Part shown: piece after piece, positions 9,301-15,065 of the stretch
Position numbering within the stretch: the first letter of the stretch is position 1
Layout of the letters: each line of letters begins with the position of its first letter
From: Thermoplasmata archaeon
GTDB lineage: Archaea > Thermoplasmatota > Thermoplasmata > GCA-020350865
Assembly (NCBI GenBank): GCA_020348445.1
Contig: CP070751.1
Location: forward strand, 3,623,160 to 3,651,317
Length of the DNA: 28,158 bases
Reading direction: 5' to 3'
The notes under the pieces: model-generated
Database searches by the model: none
What the model was told of the DNA's origin: nothing
What the model saw: the letters and a program-made list of their open reading frames with translations, nothing else
Program-made: the position numbers and the translations under genes

Positions 9301-11684
9301 ACAGTGGCTTTGAGATTTTCCTCGTCAGGGGATCCATAGTAGAACTTTACCACTACATTCTCAGTCACGTTCCATCCACCCACGTTGAAGACGGATGCGC
9401 TGATTGTGACCTCACTACCCTCTTTAACGCTTTGAGTTGGATCTATAAAATCGACGGTGAGATCAGCCATGGATTTGACATCTATAATGTTACGAGCGTT
9501 GTTGTTGTTCTCATTTGATTCTAGAATTGGTGGAGGATCCTGGTCTACGAACACATAAATATAGTGCTCACCTTGTGTTGCATCCCAACCAACTGATGCA
9601 GTGACTGAACCTCCTGCTGGGATGCTTGCTATCGTGTATTGGTCTATGAGATCTGTATGCCCCCCAGAATCACCATCATAGAACTTGACATCCACATTTT
9701 TTGCCTCAGACCCCCCGAGATTATAAACGGTGGCATGTATGGTCACAGCTGAACCCTCCACAACAGTCTGGACGATATCACCACCAGATTTGAAGTAGAT
9801 GTCTGTTCCGTTGATGAATAGATCGGGTCTTCTCAATACATTGATTGTTGTTTTATTTACATTGTTGTTTTCATATACCTCGGGGATAAGGTTGTTTTCG
9901 ATAAGATCCTCGAAATCTCTGTCCACTGCCGCAAAAATCGTATGCAATCCAGTTGGGGTTGCGTTCCAGGTAATCCCTACTACCTTGGATTGACCTTTTT
10001 GAATGGTACCTGCATTAATTTCATCCAGAAGGATCGCATTGCTGCCTGGGTCTGTGGGATCCCCATCATAGAACACGACTTTCACGTCATCGGCATCCTT
10101 TCCGACCACACCCACTACTTGATTCCAGACCCTTACAGTTATGTTAACATCGACTCCCTCGAGCTCAGACGATGGTGGTTCATCCGGAAGAAACTCGAGA
10201 TACAGATCAGGATGCTCTGCTGCGAAGCCAAAGGGAGGCAGATGATAGTTCACGTAATTGTCCGAGGGAAATACCCTAGGGAAGTTCTCGAATTCAACTT
10301 CTCCGTCTGAGTAATACCAGTCCGGGTCGAGATAATAGGAGGCATCAATGTTGTACCCATCCTTCTGTTCCGAGTTTGGCCAGCCTGCCTCAGTGAGGAG
10401 ATCGCTTAACAGTCCAAATACAGCTATTCCAGGCACACCCGTAACGCATCTTACGGTTGTGCTGCTTGGTTGAGATAAGGTACATCCACGTTTGTTCTCG
10501 ATATAAATCCTAACGGGGTCATGTTGACCTACATTATTATAAATATCTATATCTGAATTTGGTTGATACCACGAAGTGATTTCCACCGTGGCACCTTCCA
10601 AAGCCACACTCCTGTTGTCCACAGGATATACATACAGCCATCTGTAAAGAGCTACTTTTGATGAGGTGTCCTTAACCTCTATGGCCGTACTTCCATCAAG
10701 TTTTATTTGATTATCGGTTTCTTCCATATTTATCGTCAATCCAAAAAATTTCACAATTGAATTATATATGTTCAAGGCATTGTGATTTGGATTTATACCC
10801 GGCGGTAAATGATCATTGGCCTCCGAATACAAACTTCCTTTTGTTTTATTACGATAGTCTATGTCAAAATATGTATTGACGATATACACCTGGTTGCAGT
10901 TCTTGATGGTATGATTGGCAAACATTTGTATGGGAGCTACAGTCACATTCTCGCCATCTGGATCATGCCATAATATACCTTGATACCATGGACTGTTCTC
11001 CACCCTTGAATCCGCAATGAAGACATCCTTATTTACGCAATCCACTATCTGAACCACTACCCCCCAATCATGGGTCATATGATGAAATTCTGGACTGGAT
11101 ATAGTTGAATCTCTTATATCGATTACACTGTTTTCTATGTAGAGGTCACCGTGAAATCTCAGGGCAGAACCCCTGCTCATTTCAAGCGTTGAATCCCTGA
11201 CAGTAAAATTGAACGGTACCAATCTCAGGAATTCTGTTTCTTGAGTAGGAGGATTATCTGTTGGACCTCTTGTATAATTGAACCACTTCTCATATTCATA
11301 GTTCTCAAATAAATCCGTTGTTTGAACAGTGATCGTCGAGTTTTCGAGTTTCAACCTGCCCCCACCTTCGATCAGGAAAAAGAACCTATGGACTATGTCA
11401 CTCTGAAAAACCAAAGTTGCATCTTTTATTGTCAGGTCACCAGTGGCTTGAATGGTAATGTTCAAATCTAATTCCAATGTGCCGTTCGGTATTTCCGATC
11501 CATCCCATGTTCTCGCATCAGAAATGTATATTGTTCCACCCACAGGTTCGGGAATTATCAAATCCCCTTCGACCACATTGTCTTCCACTATCAGCATCAA
11601 ACCCAGAAAGCTTCCGAAAGCTAGGTTCAACACCACAACTACACTTACCAGTCTCAATATCTTTTGATACACGTCTCCTCTCAT
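3318..11684 (-). CDS. Giant (2788 aa) type-I membrane surface protein: signal peptide, 3 beta-helix-like modules, about 11 CARDB domains, TM helix, and a cytoplasmic tail with 3 Zn ribbons and PKKVV repeats
   Basis: N-terminal hydrophobic signal and GAGGTG SD. Repeated PDL..I.F / V.N.G / V.FYDG.P / VD..N.I.E..E.NN CARDB pattern. TM helix WMILLIIIIAVVVILLVGVGL near 4070-4140, then three CxxC-x10-CxxC motifs. Confidence 0.88.
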   Translation of the reverse strand: MRGDVYQKILRLVSVVVVLNLAFGSFLGLMLIVEDNVVEGDLIIPEPVGGTIYISDARTWDGSEIPNGTLELDLNITIQATGDLTIKDATLVFQSDIVHRFFFLIEGGGRLKLENSTITVQTTDLFENYEYEKWFNYTRGPTDNPPTQETEFLRLVPFNFTVRDSTLEMSRGSALRFHGDLYIENSVIDIRDSTISSPEFHHMTHDWGVVVQIVDCVNKDVFIADSRVENSPWYQGILWHDPDGENVTVAPIQMFANHTIKNCNQVYIVNTYFDIDYRNKTKGSLYSEANDHLPPGINPNHNALNIYNSIVKFFGLTINMEETDNQIKLDGSTAIEVKDTSSKVALYRWLYVYPVDNRSVALEGATVEITSWYQPNSDIDIYNNVGQHDPVRIYIENKRGCTLSQPSSTTVRCVTGVPGIAVFGLLSDLLTEAGWPNSEQKDGYNIDASYYLDPDWYYSDGEVEFENFPRVFPSDNYVNYHLPPFGFAAEHPDLYLEFLPDEPPSSELEGVDVNITVRVWNQVVGVVGKDADDVKVVFYDGDPTDPGSNAILLDEINAGTIQKGQSKVVGITWNATPTGLHTIFAAVDRDFEDLIENNLIPEVYENNNVNKTTINVLRRPDLFINGTDIYFKSGGDIVQTVVEGSAVTIHATVYNLGGSEAKNVDVKFYDGDSGGHTDLIDQYTIASIPAGGSVTASVGWDATQGEHYIYVFVDQDPPPILESNENNNNARNIIDVKSMADLTVDFIDPTQSVKEGSEVTISASVFNVGGWNVTENVVVKFYYGSPDEENLKATVTIPRGAKGVSIEAGGSAEVSFTWTATYPPASHTFYVKVDPDNLITEGNDNNNMNSTVYIVDPRANLVVESKDIVLDPAYPMNGTQVTIYITIWNDGASPILASEYFHVQIRLDDASTGTKLTELNVTGSIIAANGGSTTEQFTWNQVSPPGIHKIWVIVDSNNTIDETEEDTTNKAYATMIIYKVPSDLIVNDATDYPPFSPTNGTVLIDLPYDAQNPFANDGFTLVEESGDLIIRGCIFSVIDQGYDDEYNIVVKDWGTLRLEDGALLTTDGPHLNIYLYDHATLYIDSSTISSSIDIIAMDNSKIYITDQSSIQGELYADDSSTNAYINVTNSSFSKIMTHIGGNTHVEFWGVTIAGNPASESYMTVSDNAVVYIHWYLTVYTVDVNEKGIPGADVTWYRFLPWTNQETQTTGSDGSISFWLRGMDITSDNVVKDIGNYMITASYFYSPTTYSPEENANVFLQSNQVQTLKFPDVMPDLDPPLWVEPPVSSIGNPTKVKATIFNNGTNTAYDIWVKFDTNITAESAFPHYEYIESIPADGSVTVEFVWIPEYIGLHLITVYIDPYLAIIESNESNNYNEISVDIEAKFADLVITTDDIWFTYPPYGPAENQVVTIHTYIRNYGEQLAYNSTGGEIVVMYYLESETPENFIDWGNVSSVNPGGWQESTCKWYGTTPPGQYRIFVVVDPANDVKETEDNNNSANNTITILELPDVIPTKPSVSVEGSVVENTTDNKQVMISTTVRNDGGTTAQNVLVKFYVGPSLIGTQTIPLIHKGLSEDASIYWTTPRPPDGEKSEIHTISVEVSIDQDGNESNNYAEDTFEVILRPILSVTDIEFSDNSPFEDDTIYITAWILNDGGSITETDFDVYFWDGVPNVGSLINTDSLTLNKDEIKSVTVSWPLVTKGSHSIYVVADANGDIDEADETNNVAYEVIAVYSDRDIHVNNTNSPYRIDTAGGDLEHMGYTLVEENGELIITQTTFRVLMTKDYEFNIIARDWGTIRLADNSVIDTSGELLRIYLYDNSTLIVEDSIISSNVIEIYALGKVTIYINDSTIGSFLMVPSGTDVRLIATNSSLTQVFHNFGGKSIATFTNVYTPSTRISDDAVLNVYKWLKAYVKDGAGGPKAGADVVVKQLLHPFTVIDEKTTGSNGLALFAILTDIQTATGNDTALNYNVSAEYPFKGDVLRAYSSVSFTSYRIDKENNIEEVIIYLWSLLPDFSVESTDISFEKGGISRLTVGVGEQITLTATITNEGTTEAEGALVRFYIDLDKDNFMDAGEFIGEVTTSTIAADGGTGDATVTWIPQQSDAGDNRWVRVVVDPYNDTYELNEGDDNKAFTDIKVVIPPDLSLTSTDISFETEAGIKTDNATEGQFITIEAYISNLGANLAQGVIVYAYDGNPDTDGDGKPDPSLPSDVVLIGSYNLASITPGDSQPASISWDITGKEGGYFIYVFAFDATTIDGYSITDQILTNNHASKDFYVHPKPDLYVIREAGFETNITLWDAAGQLLTTDPQIGATLTIQTIVYNSGQVYIPAVEVSFYDGDPRQSGAELLGNATIELPAKSSTNASIQWLVDDPEGSRDIYVWVNRYQVVIESDDTNNLLFETINVAYAPFQVLFDLLPKSKYNTGETINVRALATFTGTGDPLADIGYDIVIVNTATQEVYSTRSGTIGFNGVIEDKISAPEKEGEYIIEVRVNYGGFQQAASSGFSVEEEPGFPIPLWMILLIIIIAVVVILLVGVGLAKFGLGRLVECGECGAFIPEGEKACPKCGAVFETDTAKCSECGAWIPVDSKSCPDCGAIFAGLEKEKKDYIERMKLQYAEYVEQYRREAKAELGAGMTDESFMEWWKVNPKYVGFEEWLAREEELRKGRTKNCESCNTINPESAAICFKCGTVFKEEEEEEEIELPPETPPPEIPAKRVEPRPAQREAPPPTVTPKKVVRPPEVVPKKVVKKAPPTVVPKKVVRPPEEGKTVVVPKKVIKRPPTEEEEY
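3349..3490 (-). repeat. Four imperfect coding repeats encoding (V/T)PKKV(V/I)
   Basis: Peptides TVTPKKVVRPPE, VVPKKVVKKAPP, TVVPKKVVRPPE and VVVPKKVIKRPP. The DNA ACCTTCTTTGGCACCACC recurs on the + strand. Confidence 0.85.
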
Positions 11685-11795
11685 ATTTACACCTCTAACA
11701 CTATCAAAGCTGATTTATCCCATCGTGATTCCCTATCGATAAACCCCTTATAACTTGCAACTTTTATGAGCATGGAAAGTCTGTTCCTATTATTA

Positions 11796-11817
11796 AATGT
11801 TATGCTTGTACATACTT
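11796..11817. promoter_or_regulatory. Candidate operator upstream of the giant surface-protein gene
   Basis: TTGTACATACTT (11806-11817) is the exact reverse complement of 12862-12873. AATGTTAT (11796-11803) is the reverse complement of 12850-12857. Confidence 0.4.
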
Positions 11818-11936
11818 TAGTGGGTAATAAGGGTGAAACCTGGATATTATCGCATTTTATCCCTAAAAATCCTGGATTTTTTCCATCGAATCTTTCCATT
11901 TTATTATCACCTTTTTGATTTACCCACCATGTGAGA

Positions 11937-12506
11937 TTAAGATCCCTTTTTTGGAACGTAAACCTTGTGCGGGAACATGAGTAACTGGAATTTGCATGTG
12001 TCTTTACCCTCGGAAATACAATCCGTTTCCAAGCAGTAAAATTTCTTGTTTGAGAGCATGCTCGCTATACCCGCAAGATAACCTCTTGTAAGATCGCAAG
12101 ATGGTTTTTCTGTCTTGCCCAGGGCCTTTGCCTCTGCAGACTCTTTTTGCACAATCTCCACTTCTTCCTCGGAGATTTCCTCTACACTTACAATTTTTCC
12201 AAGGCCTGTTTGCTCCCAAATCCTCGGCAGTACCTTATCCATATCCTTCCCTTTGAAGTTGTTTGATTGGGTTCGCTCCATCAAGGCCTCGCCGCATCGA
12301 TAGCCGAACCTAAAAAGTACCCCCGAACCTAGTTTCTCTCCCAGCAAATTGCTCAATTCAGATCGAAGAGATTTTATTGCCTCTTCGGGCATGAAAATGA
12401 AGGTACCATGGTCTTTCTTTTTCTCACTGTTATCTTTTACCATCTTCATCCCCAAACACTCTTCATGCTCAAATGAGATCTCTTTTTTTCTCGTTTGTGG
12501 GACCAT
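11937..12506 (-). CDS. Stand-alone V4R (4-vinyl reductase) domain protein
   Basis: LFRFGYRCG, GLGKI, PSCDLTRGYLAG and ETDCISEGKDTCKF motifs. A GAGGA SD lies inside the end of the upstream gene. Confidence 0.88.
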   Translation of the reverse strand: MVPQTRKKEISFEHEECLGMKMVKDNSEKKKDHGTFIFMPEEAIKSLRSELSNLLGEKLGSGVLFRFGYRCGEALMERTQSNNFKGKDMDKVLPRIWEQTGLGKIVSVEEISEEEVEIVQKESAEAKALGKTEKPSCDLTRGYLAGIASMLSNKKFYCLETDCISEGKDTCKFQLLMFPHKVYVPKKGS

Positions 12507-12511
12507 TTAAT

Positions 12512-12784
12512 TCATTCCTCGTACAGCACAGAGCGCTCGTAGCTTTCGATGACACGATCCAACATATCACCTTTCTCCATCTGAGCTTCCTTGAACAATC
12601 TCTGCATCTCCTTCTGCTTATCGAGCCAATCAGCTATAGCGCCTCGCATGACCTCTGATGGATTGTATCTATGCTCCCTGCAAAACTTGAAGAATTCAGT
12701 TGCTGTATCTGCAAAATCCTTTGTCACTGAGATATGTATCTGATCCCCGTTTCTGTACCGTTTGTGCTTGGTCCGTCCACCCAT
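12512..12784 (-). CDS. Probable ribbon-helix-helix DNA-binding protein
   Basis: Beta-strand QIHISVT, a helix, then the turn-helix SEVMRGAIADWL typical of RHH. It has a basic N-terminus, a helical C-terminal extension and a GGAGG SD. Confidence 0.65.
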   Translation of the reverse strand: MGGRTKHKRYRNGDQIHISVTKDFADTATEFFKFCREHRYNPSEVMRGAIADWLDKQKEMQRLFKEAQMEKGDMLDRVIESYERSVLYEE

Positions 12785-12833
12785 GATCCGTCCTCCACTT
12801 TACACATCTCTAAGGAGTATATAGAAAGAGTCA

Positions 12834-12896
12834 TATTTATACTATTCGTATAACATTGTAGAAGTATGTACAATCTTGTAAATCCTCGACCTTACA
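12834..12896 (-). promoter_or_regulatory. Promoter of the RHH-V4R operon: TATA box plus phased repeat / inverted-repeat array
   Basis: Minus-strand TATAAATA at 12841-12834. On the + strand, T-N-GTA ends at 12850, 12860, 12870 and 12880. Inverted repeats are ATTGTA-N8-TACAAT (12855-12874) and TGTAA-N10-TTACA (12877-12896). Confidence 0.6.
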
Positions 12897-12957
12897 GAAC
12901 AGATTAAAATTGATAATAGTTAGATTACTCCCCTCGGATTAAGGAGACAAGATAATA

Positions 12958-14019
12958 TTACAGAACCTTCTTTTTCTTAACGACCTTCTTAACCCGTGCA
13001 ACAGGTTTTACAACTTTTTTTGGCGCGGGCTCAGGTTCGGAGGCTGCTTCGGCTTCAGCTGCCCCACCTATCTCAGCTCCGCATGCATAGCACATCGTGG
13101 CATCAGAGGAAATCATTGTGCCGCAGCTCGGACAGGCCACCTCCTCCTCCTCCCCCTCAGCTTCCTCCTCCTCCTCCTCTTCATCTTCTGCTTCTGCTTT
13201 GGCAGGTGCTTCTGCCCCTATCTCTGAACCGCATGCATAACACATTGTCGCATCACCTGAAATCATGGTCCCGCAGCTGGGACAGGCGATCTCTCCTTCG
13301 GCCTCTTCCTCGGCTTCCTCTTCTTCTTCTTCCTCTGCTGCGGCCTCTTCAGCCACCGGCTCTTTTTCAGGTACAGGTTCTTCCTCAGCAGATGGCTCCT
13401 CGGCCGTTTCTTCACTTACTTCAGCTTCCTCTGGTTTTGCGGCTGTGCTCCCACCAGATTCAACTCCTGTAACCTCAATGGATCCACTTGTTATACTCTC
13501 CACGAGTTCCTCCTGTTTAGCAATCATACCCTTCTCGGCTTTGATAAGATCATCCCTTTTGTCGCCAAGATCTTTTTCCAATTCCACGATCTTTTTCTCC
13601 CTTTCTATCAATCCCTCCCTGGTTTTTATAACGCTCTCAAGTGTATTTTTAAGCTCTTCTTCCTCCTTTAATATTGCGGATTCTTTCTCAGTGAGATCTT
13701 CACGCTTACTTGTTAGATCCGCTTCATCGGTTTTTATGCGCTCCTCTTTTTCTGCCAAGGTGGCCTCTCTTGCGCCAAAGGTTTCTTCCTTTGCGGCGAG
13801 CTCGGCCTCTTTTGCTTTTAGGCCGTCATATTTACTGTTTATCTCGTTCTCCTTTTGAGCCAATGTGCTTTCTCTCTCTTTTACAGAAGCCTCGGTTTCC
13901 TGGATTTTCTTCTCCTTTTCCTCGAGTTCTTCTGTTTTTTTCTTGAGGTTCTGTTCCTCCTCTTTAAACTTCGCGCTCATCTTTTGCATCATGTCCCACA
14001 TCGACTCGCCTTCTTCCAT
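12958..14019 (-). CDS. Coiled-coil protein with acidic linker, two Zn ribbons and a basic PKKVV tail
   Basis: A GGAGG SD 8 nt before the ATG at 14019 favours this start over the TTG at 14058. About 160 aa of heptad-like E/K-rich helix, two CPSCGTMIS.DATMCYACG units, and the tail PKKVVKPVARVKKVVKKKKVL. Confidence 0.85.
   Translation of the reverse strand: MEEGESMWDMMQKMSAKFKEEEQNLKKKTEELEEKEKKIQETEASVKERESTLAQKENEINSKYDGLKAKEAELAAKEETFGAREATLAEKEERIKTDEADLTSKREDLTEKESAILKEEEELKNTLESVIKTREGLIEREKKIVELEKDLGDKRDDLIKAEKGMIAKQEELVESITSGSIEVTGVESGGSTAAKPEEAEVSEETAEEPSAEEEPVPEKEPVAEEAAAEEEEEEEAEEEAEGEIACPSCGTMISGDATMCYACGSEIGAEAPAKAEAEDEEEEEEEAEGEEEEVACPSCGTMISSDATMCYACGAEIGGAAEAEAASEPEPAPKKVVKPVARVKKVVKKKKVL
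13070..13295 (-). repeat. Internal tandem duplication of a poly-Glu plus Zn-ribbon unit
   Basis: IACPSCGTMISGDATMCYACGSEIG versus VACPSCGTMISSDATMCYACGAEIG, each preceded by a poly-Glu run. Confidence 0.9.
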
Positions 14020-14133
14020 AGAGGCAACCTCCTGTTTTTTAAACCGATATTCTCTCAAATTGGCGCTTTAATTAAGGATTTCTGTCCCATATGTTGTTTC
14101 TATTTTAATAAACTTTTGGATTATTTGAAATTT

Positions 14134-14841
14134 TCACCCGCTAAGAACGGGTCCGAGAACCGCAATACCCCCGTCAACACCCACAACAAGGGCATGTTTT
14201 TCCATGCTATGGGAGACGGCTCTCATCTTCTCAACCTGCAAAAATCGAACTATCTTCCCAGTACTTCTTTCCATGCCCAGATTTATGATACCGTCCACAA
14301 GGAATCCTTCGTTTCCCAGAAACGGTGGTTGGCCGTAAAGCGGCTTTTCCATGAGCATAAAGGCCACGAGATTGTAATCCCTTAGTGTTTGGAAAAGACT
14401 GTACAATTTCTTCCTTAGATTACCTGTTTCATCCATAAGGGAATATAGGGCACCCAAGGAATCCAGGGCAAAGACTGTGAACCTATCTCCCATCTTTTTC
14501 TTTAAATGGGCCACCATCTTCTCTGTGAAATCGATGTAATTGGTTTGCTCCTCTTCAGCCAATAGTTGGTCCATTTCCCGAAGATCCGTTAGATCCGATA
14601 CCTGCATGTTCATTGATAATTTGATTCCAACAGCCTCCATATTCTCAAGATGGCTCTCCACCCTCTCCTCCAATGTGGTATAAAGAGCGAATTCCCCAGT
14701 ATTTTCAACATATTTGGATATCAATGCGTAGACAAAGCTGCTCTTCATACCCCCCGGAGGACCTGTTACTAGAATTATCTTCGGTGCCTTTATATCATCT
14801 TTAAAGAGTTTATCAAGCCCTCTTATGGTGTCCTTGAACAT
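14134..14841 (-). CDS. Single-domain KaiC/RAD55-like (RecA-superfamily) ATPase with variant Walker A
   Basis: GLDKL..., ILVTGPPGGMKS (P-loop), Y.TLEE, ALDSL (Walker B), VDGII.L and R.LQVEKMR (KaiC-type KMR arginine-finger region). Confidence 0.9.
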   Translation of the reverse strand: MFKDTIRGLDKLFKDDIKAPKIILVTGPPGGMKSSFVYALISKYVENTGEFALYTTLEERVESHLENMEAVGIKLSMNMQVSDLTDLREMDQLLAEEEQTNYIDFTEKMVAHLKKKMGDRFTVFALDSLGALYSLMDETGNLRKKLYSLFQTLRDYNLVAFMLMEKPLYGQPPFLGNEGFLVDGIINLGMERSTGKIVRFLQVEKMRAVSHSMEKHALVVGVDGGIAVLGPVLSG

Positions 14842-15065
14842 GTTCTTACCCCCAGATTACAGTTTTATAAGCTGACCTCAAATGACCGGGTTATTATACG
14901 AAATGATGATATTAGATTTAACTTTTTGGATTCTTGTTACTTATTATGATAAATTTGGTTTTTCCTTGGTCAGCCAGTTTTTGAATATCAATTTACGATT
15001 TTAACCCAAAAAGATGTAAATAGTTGTGCAGGGAATATTTTTATGTGTCCAGGTAGAGGGAAAGT

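Noticed and set aside
3337-11698. Many 60-175 aa ORFs within the giant gene
   Set aside because: Antisense or off-frame shadows; the Ser/Thr/Phe-rich content reflects reverse-complemented Glu/Lys/Val codons.
12845-12896. Short periodic repeats considered as a mini-CRISPR, iteron or att site
   Set aside because: The units are only 5-6 bp, with no spacers, cas, rep or integrase genes nearby; better explained as an operator array.
12996-14385. Pro/Leu-rich and Ser-rich plus-strand ORFs (12996-13472, 13265-13858, 13855-14385)
   Set aside because: Antisense reads of the poly-Glu/Ala low-complexity gene and of the KaiC gene.
14134-14841. Circadian clock (kaiABC) interpretation
   Set aside because: Single domain, no phosphosite Ser/Thr pair, and no kaiA/kaiB in the window.
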